Program-made: the position numbers and the translations under genes | Part shown: positions 41,809 to 50,778 of the stretch, one piece after another | Layout of the letters: each line of letters starts with the position of its first letter | Position numbering within the stretch: the stretch's first letter is position 1 | The notes under the pieces: model-generated | What the model was told of the DNA's origin: nothing | What the model saw: the letters and a program-made list of their open reading frames with translations, nothing else | Database searches by the model: none | NCBI GenBank assembly: GCA_027036135.1 | Contig: JALVSY010000016.1 | Span: 160,001 to 224,000 of the forward strand | Reading direction: 5' to 3' | Length of the DNA stretch: 64,000 nucleotides | From: Pyrodictiaceae archaeon | GTDB lineage: Archaea; Thermoproteota; Thermoprotei_A; Sulfolobales; Pyrodictiaceae

Positions 41809-42363
41809 TTGAGCCTAGAGAACCTAACCGAGTCAAAGAAGCGGATCCTGGAACTCCTAGCCGAGAAGAAGGAGGCAGACATACAGACAATAGCAACCAC
41901 CATGGGGCTTCGCTCATCAACTGTTAGGAAGTACCTAGCAGAGCTAGAGCGCAGCGGCCTCGTAGAACGAATGGGCTCAGTTGCAAAGATAACTGAGAAA
42001 GCACTACAACTCCTTGGAGTAGAGGCAGCCAAGGCAGAGAAGCCAAGCGAGGAACAACCAGTAGAGGAGGCCGTGACGCCTAAGCCGAGCGAGCAGCTCA
42101 TAGAACCCTTCTACTTCCTAGTCAAGGGCTCAGTAGTACCACTAAAGATTAAGAGCAAGCGCCAACTAGCAGCCGCAATAGTCTATGGCCTCGTAGAGCC
42201 AGAAGAACTTAGCTACGTTCTGCGAACAGGGTACCTCACAACATGGCTCCGAACCGCTCTGAGAGAAGAGGAGCTAGCAAAGAAACTAGAGGAGCTAAAA
42301 GGCTTAGAACCACCACAACTCTACGACGAGGCCACGAAAATACTAAGAGAACACCTAGACTAG
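41809..42363 (+). CDS. Winged-helix DNA-binding protein
   Basis: IATTMGLRSSTVRKYLAELERSGLVE. Confidence 0.78.
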   Translation: MSLENLTESKKRILELLAEKKEADIQTIATTMGLRSSTVRKYLAELERSGLVERMGSVAKITEKALQLLGVEAAKAEKPSEEQPVEEAVTPKPSEQLIEPFYFLVKGSVVPLKIKSKRQLAAAIVYGLVEPEELSYVLRTGYLTTWLRTALREEELAKKLEELKGLEPPQLYDEATKILREHLD

Positions 42364-42532
42364 GGAAGTGCACCGATAAACCGATGCCTAAAACAACATA
42401 CAGACTTTTTTAATGTGATTCATCCCAGCCTCAATGATATTCTTGTGTTAAGCAATTATCAATAAGTCTACATTCAGCGTTCTTGACGCAAGCCTCTCCA
42501 GCCCAAGGCGTGAGAACCACAGGGATCAAGGT

Positions 42533-43414
42533 ATGTGGTGCGGGGGGTGGGATTTGAACCCACGCAGGCCTACGCCAGCGGGTCCTCAGCCCGCCCCCTT
42601 TGACCAGACACGTTCAACTCCCTTGGGTAGCTATGTTTCAATCCCTAATGGGTTGCAGCAGGATGAGGGCTCTGATACTGGCGGGGTTGCTGCAACTCTG
42701 CAGGGGTTCCTCGAGTGGTGCAAGAGGCATGCTAGTGATAAGACGTGTACCCAGTACGCTAGAAGGGTTGAGGAGATACTCTCTGGCAGGGCGGGGCCCG
42801 ATAAGAGCAGGTGGCACATCACTGCCTGGAAGCGTTTCAACAAGTGGCTGTGCGAGGAGAGGGGTAGGAGCGAGGCCTGCGAGGAGTATAGGCGGTGGAA
42901 GAGCAGGAGCAGTAGGCCAGACTTCTACGTGCCCAGCCTGGGAGAGGTCAAGGCGGCGCTGGTCTCCGCGGCGGAGCCTTACCGCACCGTGTACAGGGTG
43001 CTAGTGGAGAGCGGGCTAAGACTAACAGAGGCCACTAGGCTGCTCAGAGAGATAGAGGGGCTAAGACTGGTTAGGTTAGACGGGTTCGTGCGGATAGAGC
43101 TCGCCTGGGAACGGGGCACAAAGAAGGCCTTCTGGGCCTACCTGGTCGAGAAGCCGCCCAGGGTCGACGTATCAGCGGAGCAGGTCTCAAAGTACGCTGA
43201 CAGGGAAGACCTACTGCCACCAAAGTATATGAGAAAGTTCGTGGCCACCCAGCTAGCCAACCTAGGCTGCGACATGGACACAATAGACTTCATACAGGGC
43301 AGGACACCGACAAGGATACTAACAAAGCACTACGCAGACCTAACCGCGCGAGCAGACAAGTGCTACAAGCGCTACGCGGAATGGCTACGAAACAGCCTAC
43401 TAGGCTCCCTGTAG
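42533..43414 (+). CDS. SSV1-type integrase, C-terminal (catalytic) fragment
   Basis: Starts in the att repeat; ESGLR, RGTKKAF, KYMRKF, FIQGR, HY. Confidence 0.92.
   Translation: MWCGGWDLNPRRPTPAGPQPAPFDQTRSTPLGSYVSIPNGLQQDEGSDTGGVAATLQGFLEWCKRHASDKTCTQYARRVEEILSGRAGPDKSRWHITAWKRFNKWLCEERGRSEACEEYRRWKSRSSRPDFYVPSLGEVKAALVSAAEPYRTVYRVLVESGLRLTEATRLLREIEGLRLVRLDGFVRIELAWERGTKKAFWAYLVEKPPRVDVSAEQVSKYADREDLLPPKYMRKFVATQLANLGCDMDTIDFIQGRTPTRILTKHYADLTARADKCYKRYAEWLRNSLLGSL
42534..42605. repeat. att site, copy of the tRNA-Leu 3' portion
   Basis: Identical to 59454-59525. Confidence 0.95.
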
Positions 43415-43975
43415 GCCCTCTTTGAAGGCTTTTGCGCTTTGCTTTGCTGCCCTGATCGAGGCGATTATCCCGCCCAGCACTAGGAGTGCTAGACCGAGCC
43501 CTATAAGCCCGTCTGCTAGCCCAGAGACTTGTTGCTCGGTCTTAGTTATGCTCTCCTTGTAGTAGAGCGTGGCATGGATACTGGCATACTTGGTCGTCAC
43601 TAGGCTAAAGGCATTGCTTAGGCGGAGCTGGTAGTCCCCAGGGCCTGGCAACAGTATATCTCTCTCAGCGAAGCCAGCTATTCTCTCACTATATACTTTC
43701 TCACCGCCAGAGGTGAGAACAATTACATCGACGTCCTTGTTGCCGCCACTATACACCGTCACTATGACATGGAGACGTGGATCCACGGAGCCAGGCGGCA
43801 CCGTGAAGTCCCAGTAATAATAGTGGCCAGGATCGATGCTGAGCTTGGTATCCGCTATAGTATATTCATGTGGAACCACGATAGTCTTGCGAACCGTCGA
43901 GGGGTTAAGCGTAAAAAACGCGCCAGCAGCTATGAGGAGCAGGCCAAGTATCGCTATCTTAGACTCAGGGCGCAA
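43400..43975 (-). CDS. Membrane protein with beta-sandwich (GOLD-like) ectodomain
   Basis: N- and C-terminal TM; GDYQLRLSNAFSLVTTK. Confidence 0.65.
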   Translation of the reverse strand: MRPESKIAILGLLLIAAGAFFTLNPSTVRKTIVVPHEYTIADTKLSIDPGHYYYWDFTVPPGSVDPRLHVIVTVYSGGNKDVDVIVLTSGGEKVYSERIAGFAERDILLPGPGDYQLRLSNAFSLVTTKYASIHATLYYKESITKTEQQVSGLADGLIGLGLALLVLGGIIASIRAAKQSAKAFKEGLQGA

Positions 43976-44319
43976 AAGAAGAGCACCGATAAGGTGTTAC
44001 TTTTTAAGCAGGTGTGTTAAGCACTGCGCCCAGCCAGGCACATAGAGCAACAAAACAAAATATATAAGACACGCACATCATAATTCACGTATCCATATCA
44101 GTCTCCATGCATCACACAAATCATAATAGGCTAGGCCATTTGGCCGTACTACAGTATATTATTAGATATGAAGATATAAACCTGTCAGGCATTTTAGTTT
44201 ATGTCTTTCCGCGCCGATATAGTAATTCCTCATACTCATGTATTACGCATGATGCTAGGTAGCAATATTATCGCTCTTTAGCCTTAAGTGGTGTTAGCAA
44301 TCACCACGACATACTATGG

Positions 44320-45114
44320 GTGGCTAAGCTGGCGGTACTCATTTTCATAGATGAAAGCGGCAAGCCAGGGCTAAGGGAAGAGGATCCCTTTGTTCTAGCA
44401 GCATTAATAGTACATGAAAGCGTCTTCTTCGACCTCGAGAACGAGGTTTCAGCTATTGTGCAAAGTACTCTAGGTTCTTACGGGCTACCAGGCGTAGAGC
44501 TACACGCCAAGGATTTGATCCAGGGCAAGGGCGACTTTAGAAGCGTACCTGTAACAGCGAGAGTCAATGTCTATAGATCGGTGATCGAAGCCGTCGCCAG
44601 ATACGCCGACGAAGGCTTCGTAAAGGGCATAATCATCGAGACCTATAAGGATTTCGTGACCAGACCATCAGAGGAACAAGCAAGGAAATGCATAGCTAGA
44701 GAAGCTTATCACCTCATGTTAGAGCGTGTTGCCTGGGCACTCTATGACCACCATACAGAGGGCATCGCGCTCTTAGTCATAGATGAGAGCGAGCTAGATA
44801 ATCATATAAGGGACGTGGTTGAGGAAGAAATCCTCAAAGGCAAGTATACATCTAGAGTACCCACATCAAAGAGAATATTGCTCGATCCCGTATTCGCTAG
44901 ATCGCAGCATTATCGTAGCCTACAGGTTACAGACCTCATAGCATACACTGCTCGGAGAGCCGCAACCATGAGAAGAAGAGCACCAACCAATACCGACACA
45001 TATTTCTCAATAAGAGATACCCTAGAGACTATAAAGAAGAGAATCCTGCGAAAGAGTCCCCAAGGCACACTCTATGGATACGGCTACAAGACATGGAATA
45101 TTGTGAGTTGCTAG
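44320..45114 (+). CDS. DUF3800 family (RNase H-like fold) protein
   Basis: IFIDESG, ELHAKD, VIDE, LQVTDLIAY. Confidence 0.85.
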   Translation: MAKLAVLIFIDESGKPGLREEDPFVLAALIVHESVFFDLENEVSAIVQSTLGSYGLPGVELHAKDLIQGKGDFRSVPVTARVNVYRSVIEAVARYADEGFVKGIIIETYKDFVTRPSEEQARKCIAREAYHLMLERVAWALYDHHTEGIALLVIDESELDNHIRDVVEEEILKGKYTSRVPTSKRILLDPVFARSQHYRSLQVTDLIAYTARRAATMRRRAPTNTDTYFSIRDTLETIKKRILRKSPQGTLYGYGYKTWNIVSC

Positions 45115-45117
45115 AGA

Positions 45118-45172
45118 CCCGCGGGACGGCCGCGGGGGACCGTCCCGCGGGCGGCGGCCGACAGGGACCGCC
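45118..45172 (+). ncRNA. Tandem hairpin element directly 3' of the DUF3800 gene
   Basis: 12-bp perfect stem plus 5-bp stem; both loops read CCG-NNN-GGGA. Confidence 0.55.
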
Positions 45173-45411
45173 TGATGGCAGATCTTGCTAGACTTCTCTA
45201 GAACGCTGCTAGGTTTCCCGTAGAAGGGCCTACTATTACTATCCTCTTTTATTCTCTACCCCTAATCATTATAAAGGGTAATACTGAAAAAGTAATATCA
45301 AAACGCTTCCTCATAAAAATACCCTCGCCCAGCTCTCCTTCTATATGTAACCTGTGTCCACGTCTCCTTAACTATACTCTAGAGTCGATCAGAGCAGAGT
45401 GGAGAGGAGCC

Positions 45412-45582
45412 GTGGGATGCACACAGGCAGAAATCCTAAGACTCTTGACTCTAATAGAGAAGCGGGTAATCCTGGCAGCTAAGGATATGCAGGACTTGAA
45501 GAGGAGATGGCAGGTACTAAAGGCCTCGATTGAGGAGAAATCGCTCGAGGAGCTAGAGAGCCAGCTAGGAGTATTTGTCTAG
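45412..45582 (+). CDS. Small helical hypothetical protein (56 aa)
   Basis: GTG after GAGGAG; MGCTQAEILRLL...SQLGVFV; below the ORF-track cutoff. Confidence 0.5.
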   Translation: MGCTQAEILRLLTLIEKRVILAAKDMQDLKRRWQVLKASIEEKSLEELESQLGVFV

Positions 45583-45791
45583 CCGAAGCTTGTTTTTATG
45601 ATTCTTTCCAAGTAATCATAGTTTTCCTTTATTCTTTTTCTAAGATCACGTGCTACGAAGATGAATGATACCATTTCTTCTTCATAAGCGGCTTCTTCTA
45701 GTTCGTCCACCATCTTTAGTGCATTGCCTAGTAGGTTTAAGAGACCTACAGCTACGTTATATGTTCTCGGTGCCTGCGCTATAGCTGACAT
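45579..45791 (-). CDS. Small hypothetical protein
   Basis: 70 aa, GGTGA RBS, directly follows the wHTH gene. Confidence 0.6.
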   Translation of the reverse strand: MSAIAQAPRTYNVAVGLLNLLGNALKMVDELEEAAYEEEMVSFIFVARDLRKRIKENYDYLERIIKTSFG

Positions 45792-45795
45792 GATT

Positions 45796-46062
45796 TCACC
45801 TGTCGCCCTCTACTACTTGGTACATTTGCATTAGGAGCTCTGCTACTTTGCGCCCTTTCTCTGTGAGCCTGTATTTTGGGCTACCGTTGATAATTACTGG
45901 CTCTACGAGGCCTAGTTCTTTGAGGCGCTTCATTATACGGGACGCTGTCGACCCGCCTACTATGCCTCTTGTTTGTAGGTCGTTTGTGTTCATGGGCTCC
46001 TTGTAGAGGGCTAGGATTACGTCCTCTATCTTCTCGCGGGTGCAGAGGCGGAACAAGAGCAT
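45796..46062 (-). CDS. Winged-helix regulator
   Basis: STASRIMKRLKELGLVE...YRLTEKG. Confidence 0.85.
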   Translation of the reverse strand: MLLFRLCTREKIEDVILALYKEPMNTNDLQTRGIVGGSTASRIMKRLKELGLVEPVIINGSPKYRLTEKGRKVAELLMQMYQVVEGDR

Positions 46063-46271
46063 CCCCGCTTACTATTAGCGGTTAATAGCAATCTATTAAC
46101 TGTAACCCGTTAGCCTTGAGCCTCTCTGCGCGAACACTTAGAAGAGCTGGGTCTATTAAATAACTAATAGCTGTTAATAGGAAATACCGCGATGTTGCTC
46201 TCTAATATATTTAGTATGTATTTCTCTGGGAGAGAGTCTTTCGCTTTCTGTTAGCGGTTTGCGGCTAATAG

Positions 46272-46724
46272 CTATTTATTAGAGCTGTACGCGTCTAGAA
46301 AAGCCTCGAGGACTCGGGCCACGAGCTCTGAGCGGTTAAGCCCATGCTTCTTCGCTATCTCGTCTATCTTTTGGATAACCTCGTCAGCCAAGTAGACCGA
46401 GATTACTCTCCTGTAGCCCCTGCGCCTAGGGCTTGTCTGGAATAAGCGACTCAAGTCCCACTCGATCTTGATATGGACTATTTTCTGCTGGGGCTGTTGC
46501 TTCTCTTGTTTCAGCGAGACCTTGCTCTTATTCATAAGCCTGAGTGCTAGTGGCGCTAGCTTTTCGCGCTTAGAGGGCTCTAGCTCTGAGATGTCGACCA
46601 CGTAGTAGTCTCCCCATTCACGGGCCTCGAGCTCTATGCCTAGCTTCCTCATACAATCGATGAAGTCCCTCTTTACTATGAGTGTCTGAGGGTCTAGTGC
46701 GTCTATCACGTATTCTTCGCACAT
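46272..46724 (-). CDS. Protein with C-terminal ribbon-helix-helix domain
   Basis: VISVYLADEVIQKIDEIAKKHGLNRSELV. Confidence 0.8.
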   Translation of the reverse strand: MCEEYVIDALDPQTLIVKRDFIDCMRKLGIELEAREWGDYYVVDISELEPSKREKLAPLALRLMNKSKVSLKQEKQQPQQKIVHIKIEWDLSRLFQTSPRRRGYRRVISVYLADEVIQKIDEIAKKHGLNRSELVARVLEAFLDAYSSNK

Positions 46725-46844
46725 TGCGGTTTCCCGCTAATAGATAATAGTGGTATCAGCTTTTTTTAGGTTTGCGGTTAGCGGTAAAGTGCAATATATT
46801 TAAATATTGCCGTTTGCGGTTTACAGTAAACGGAAACCCGCGAG

Positions 46845-47102
46845 GTGAGAAATGTGGAACGCCTACTCCCCGCAAAAATCCAGATCCTAGCTTTTTTGGA
46901 GAAAAATGGCCCAGCCCGCGGAACAAAAATATCAAGAGAACTAGGCATCAGCGTATCAGCAACCTATGCGGCTCTTAGAGAGCTACGTGCTGCAGGCCTA
47001 ATAAAATACGATGAAGTAACAAAGCAGTATGAGATTACCGACAAGGGCAAGGCGGAGCTTGAGAGGATTAGGCGGGAGCTTGCTGTGGGGGTGGTGGCCT
47101 AG
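46845..47102 (+). CDS. Winged-helix regulator
   Basis: ISRELGISVSATYAALRELRAAGLI...YEITDKG. Confidence 0.85.
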   Translation: MRNVERLLPAKIQILAFLEKNGPARGTKISRELGISVSATYAALRELRAAGLIKYDEVTKQYEITDKGKAELERIRRELAVGVVA

Positions 47103-47104
47103 CC

Positions 47105-47896
47105 ATGGCTGAGCACGGGGTAAGGTTCTACGCTAGCGCTGCCCCTGGCTGGTGGCCTTACCAGCTGGTATCGCTGGGGAATAGGCGGCTCCCGCCCCGC
47201 AGGATAGGCTACTACAGCGTGCTGGTCGACAACGGGATGTTCGCCTACACCAAGACATCAAAGCAGCCACCCAGCCTCGATAACTGGTATCATCGCTTAC
47301 TGCTCTTCCTGCAGGAGATAGAGCGCCTAAGGAGACCCAAGGAGATCCTAGTCATCCTGCCAGACTGGCTCTACGAGCCCAGCTTCGTCTTGGACGCATT
47401 GGAGCACCCATTGGCTGCGAGGATATGTGCGCGCTACAGGTGCCTAGCCGTGGTGCATAGCGACAACAAGTGGGGCGGTTACCGCGAGGCAGCAGAAGAC
47501 CTTGCCAGCTACCACGACATGCTCTACGGCCTAGCAGCCCCGCTGAAGCTGACATGCTCAAGGTTCAGCATCAAGGCAATGAGGCGGATAATACGCAGAG
47601 AATGCCAGCTAACCATCACGGAGCAGGTCTGCAGCGTGGCTAAGAGATACAAGCTAGCATGTCATGGCCTAGGAGCATTACTGAATCCACAGCACATAGC
47701 GAGGCTAGCGGAGCTAGGGCTTAGCAGCTTCGATAGCAGCTCGTGGACGCGTCCGAACAACTCCGTGATCGCGAAGACCGCTAACTGGTCGGCGAAGACT
47801 AGCACGGAGAAGGAGCGCTTCTTCCAGGCAGTCCTGCAGCGCCTAGGCGCTCACGTAGAACTCACAGGCATAAAGACCGTCGAGGTGATGGCCTAG
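47105..47896 (+). CDS. TGT/DpdA-like base-exchange transglycosylase
   Basis: LVDNGMF, LPD, HGLG, SFDSSSW motifs of the TGT-like fold. Confidence 0.68.
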   Translation: MAEHGVRFYASAAPGWWPYQLVSLGNRRLPPRRIGYYSVLVDNGMFAYTKTSKQPPSLDNWYHRLLLFLQEIERLRRPKEILVILPDWLYEPSFVLDALEHPLAARICARYRCLAVVHSDNKWGGYREAAEDLASYHDMLYGLAAPLKLTCSRFSIKAMRRIIRRECQLTITEQVCSVAKRYKLACHGLGALLNPQHIARLAELGLSSFDSSSWTRPNNSVIAKTANWSAKTSTEKERFFQAVLQRLGAHVELTGIKTVEVMA

Positions 47897-48450
47897 TGTT
47901 CACGAGCATCTACAGGGTCTATGGCGAGAAGGGTAGGCTGGAGATAGAGGCTGTGGGGGACAAGCTGCGGGTAACAGTCATCGATGCTGGCAGGGCCCTT
48001 GACGCCGATGTCAGCGCTGCCAGCTTCTTCGAGGCCCTCTTCAACCTAGTAGTCGACGAGAGCGAGGCCGAGGATACGCGGCTATTGATGCAGAGGCGCT
48101 CGACGTGCTACTATGATGAGAGGTGCAGCGAGCTCTGGGTACCAGACACTAGCCTAGTAGCCCACACGCTCTACGCTCTACGCAGCATCCTAGCCAAGGC
48201 GCCTGCGAGGCCAATCAAGCGCCTCGAGGAAGAATGCAGCGGCGGAGAGGACTGCTACCTGTGGAGCCCCGAGGAAGCAAGGGCAGCAGCCAAGGCAGCG
48301 ATACTCCTAGACCTAGCCGCCATGCTGCTAAGGAGCCCAGAGACCGTAGACAAGCTGCCAAGAGACGTAGACATGCTGGTCAAGGAGCACCAAGGCCCAC
48401 TCATGAAGCTCCTAAAGCAACAAGCAGAAGCCAAGGCCGCCGAGGGATGA
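47896..48450 (+). CDS. Hypothetical viral protein
   Basis: 184-aa ORF, coupled to the upstream gene, GAGGTGA RBS. Confidence 0.7.
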   Translation: MFTSIYRVYGEKGRLEIEAVGDKLRVTVIDAGRALDADVSAASFFEALFNLVVDESEAEDTRLLMQRRSTCYYDERCSELWVPDTSLVAHTLYALRSILAKAPARPIKRLEEECSGGEDCYLWSPEEARAAAKAAILLDLAAMLLRSPETVDKLPRDVDMLVKEHQGPLMKLLKQQAEAKAAEG

Positions 48451-48453
48451 GTG

Positions 48454-48627
48454 ATGAGGGTCGTGACGTTCAAGATTGATGAGGATGAGTTGGAGAGGCT
48501 TGACAGCTTTGCACGATTGAAGGGCTGGACAAGGAGCGAGGTAATCAGGAAGGCACTGGATCTCTACCTGAGACTCGAGGAGTACAAGGTGCAGCCACGC
48601 TACAAGATAGTGAGGCTGCTATCATGA
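48454..48627 (+). CDS. Ribbon-helix-helix (CopG-like) protein, 57 aa
   Basis: MRVVTFKIDEDELERLDSFARLKGWTRSEVIRKAL; below the ORF-track cutoff. Confidence 0.85.
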   Translation: MRVVTFKIDEDELERLDSFARLKGWTRSEVIRKALDLYLRLEEYKVQPRYKIVRLLS

Positions 48628-48857
48628 CTGATGTCCTTGTTGCGGCTGCGAGGGACAAGGTGGTCATAACTATTGGCAGGGTCTCTGTGCGGCTCAGCAT
48701 GGCTGAGGCGAGGCTGCTCCACTACAAGCTATCAGCACTACTAGCGACCACGAACAAGGACTACGACAACTACATTGAGGACTGCGAGGTAGCCGACGAG
48801 GACACCGAGGACATTGATGGAAGCATCATAGAAGCAGGAGAATGCATAGAGAGGTGA
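48624..48857 (+). CDS. Small acidic hypothetical protein
   Basis: ATGA overlap with the RHH gene. Confidence 0.65.
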   Translation: MTDVLVAAARDKVVITIGRVSVRLSMAEARLLHYKLSALLATTNKDYDNYIEDCEVADEDTEDIDGSIIEAGECIER

Positions 48858-48864
48858 CGGGGTA

Positions 48865-49224
48865 GTGGTGGCGCAGCTGGATGCCAGTATTAGGGCTGTG
48901 TACGAGCTAGCGGCTTTCAGCGAGACGGAGAAAAAGACATTGAAGCTGATAGCGGAGTATCTGCGCTATCGCAGGGAGAACAGCGAGCCAGACAAGCCAC
49001 CACCCAAGTGCTTCACGTACAAGGGGCTGCGCTGGTACTATAACAAGCAGCGATGGTACAAGACTCTGGAGTGGCACACCGTGGAGCGCAACATTAGGAG
49101 ATTTGCTGAGCTAGGCTGGCTCTCTAGGAGAATATTCGGTACACCCAGGGGCGGCAAGACCGCGCTATTCTGCCTAACAAGCAACCTGGAATACATCTTA
49201 GAGAAGCTGGGGTGGCTGCAGTGA
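48865..49224 (+). CDS. Putative winged-helix DNA-binding protein
   Basis: WHTVERNIRRFAELGWL followed by a beta-wing; GAGGTGA RBS. Confidence 0.6.
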   Translation: MVAQLDASIRAVYELAAFSETEKKTLKLIAEYLRYRRENSEPDKPPPKCFTYKGLRWYYNKQRWYKTLEWHTVERNIRRFAELGWLSRRIFGTPRGGKTALFCLTSNLEYILEKLGWLQ

Positions 49225-49412
49225 CCAGCACCCTTGAGCGCATCTCTCGCGAGAAATGGGTAGAGACCGTGGAGAGGAACCTACGAGACCTAGCAGACCA
49301 GATAAAGGAGCTAGAAGCACTACTGGCACGAATAACAGAGACCTATGGCCGCCTAGCCCTACTAGTAGAGCTAGAGAAGAAGAGAGGTGACCACAGATAC
49401 CCTGGTACATAG
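49212..49412 (+). CDS. Small coiled-coil protein
   Basis: Heptad pattern LRDLADQIKELEALL. Confidence 0.6.
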   Translation: MAAVTSTLERISREKWVETVERNLRDLADQIKELEALLARITETYGRLALLVELEKKRGDHRYPGT

Positions 49413-49588
49413 TAGTAGTCTACGACGTAGACCAAGTACGCGATGTCCTGAAGTTCCTCAGCAAGCACGGCAGCGTAAAAGCAATAGCTATACTCGCATC
49501 CCTCGAGGACGCCAGGGTCATAGGCGGGCTAAGGGCGAAGACCAGGGCAAAAATAATCAAGGGCTATATGCCTTTGCCCGCTCCATAG
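49397..49588 (+). CDS. Small protein (63 aa) with probable ATA start and Cas2/VapD-like N-terminus
   Basis: GAGGTGA + 6 nt + ATA; (M)PWYIVVVYDVDQVRDVLKFLSKHG. Confidence 0.45.
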   Translation: MPWYIVVVYDVDQVRDVLKFLSKHGSVKAIAILASLEDARVIGGLRAKTRAKIIKGYMPLPAP

Positions 49589-49622
49589 GTTTTGTGTTAG
49601 AAAAGCCTGGGGATAGGTATAA

Positions 49623-50468
49623 TTACTGCTCATCGTCTATGCCTAGTCTCTTCCTAAGCATCTTCACGAGTAGCTGGTCTCCCTCTTCCTCTACTAGGTC
49701 TACTATGTTTCTGAGCTTGCGCCTAGCGTAGCGGCTGTAGGCGTTCCTTATGATGCTGTAGTACTCGTACACAGGGTCTGGGAGATACACGGTGAAGTAG
49801 TCCCTGAACAGTTCTTGGCGCAGAAGCCTATCATCGTATATGCCCTCTATGTTCCTAGCAGCCATTATCACGGCTGTCTTGAGCCTCTTACCCTCATAGG
49901 TCTTTACACCGTGTTTATTCACCCTAGCTATGACCGCGTCCGCGTCCTCACGTATCCTGGGCGGCAGCTTCTTCTTACTAGGCGTTGTCATTATCAACAC
50001 GCTTACATCGGTCCTGGCCACGTCGTACCAGTCCAGTAGTGCCTCTAGGTACCGCCTCATCACTGGGTCGAACCACATATACGTGGAGCCCCAGAGCCCA
50101 GCATCGTCCCAGATGATTATCTCTGCGCCGTGCTCCATCTTCTCCAAGAGGTCGCGTGGAGAGAACACTAGCGCCATGAGGGCTCTCTGGTAGGCCTCGC
50201 CGCACTCCATGTCCTCGGCGCGCATATAGTAGGTGGCCACGGACTTTATGCTATAGGTGCTCTTCCCGCCACCCTTCTTCCCGTAGATTATTACGCCGAG
50301 GAACTCCTTGTCTACGAGGGCCTCGTGCATGAACCTGTGAAAAGCGTAGGGGGTGGCTCTGCACCCTAGCTCGTTCCTCAAGCCCCCTATCTCTTCCCAG
50401 AGGTCTGCGAGCCTCTCCTTCTGCTCCTCGCTTAGCTGGCTAAATATCTCCAGGGCTTGCATCTCCAC
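49623..50468 (-). CDS. P-loop AAA+ ATPase (SSV1 B251-like)
   Basis: GKKGGGKST, IIWDDAG. Confidence 0.8.
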   Translation of the reverse strand: MEMQALEIFSQLSEEQKERLADLWEEIGGLRNELGCRATPYAFHRFMHEALVDKEFLGVIIYGKKGGGKSTYSIKSVATYYMRAEDMECGEAYQRALMALVFSPRDLLEKMEHGAEIIIWDDAGLWGSTYMWFDPVMRRYLEALLDWYDVARTDVSVLIMTTPSKKKLPPRIREDADAVIARVNKHGVKTYEGKRLKTAVIMAARNIEGIYDDRLLRQELFRDYFTVYLPDPVYEYYSIIRNAYSRYARRKLRNIVDLVEEEGDQLLVKMLRKRLGIDDEQ

Positions 50469-50778
50469 CCACCAGTGTCTCCCTCTTCCTTATCAATAGT
50501 CCCAGCTTGTCGAGGACGCCTATGGCCTCAGCAACCCAGTTATCGAGGTCTCTTAGACTATAGCCCTTGGGGTCTGGCAGCCTCTGCCTAGCCCTAGGCG
50601 GTAACAACATGTATAGAGTATATACTGTCGACCTATACTCCGCGAGCCTGCGCTCATACTCAGCCCTCATCACTTTGCCATGTAGCTTACTCCTAGCCTC
50701 GGCTATCCTGTCAAGCTGGCGCGCAAGAGCCCAAGTATAATCAATTGTCTCCCTGTAGCGCTCCTGTACGTAGCTCAT
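50440..50778 (-). CDS. Hypothetical viral protein
   Basis: 112 aa, overlaps both neighbours. Confidence 0.7.
   Translation of the reverse strand: MSYVQERYRETIDYTWALARQLDRIAEARSKLHGKVMRAEYERRLAEYRSTVYTLYMLLPPRARQRLPDPKGYSLRDLDNWVAEAIGVLDKLGLLIRKRETLVGGDASPGDI

Noticed and set aside
40313-42363. HerA ATPase and wHTH as part of either mobile element
   Set aside because: They lie outside both att pairs and have host-like composition
49387-49731. 114-aa ORF from the track
   Set aside because: Implausible composition and overlap with the ATPase gene; the ATA-start frame at 49397 fits better
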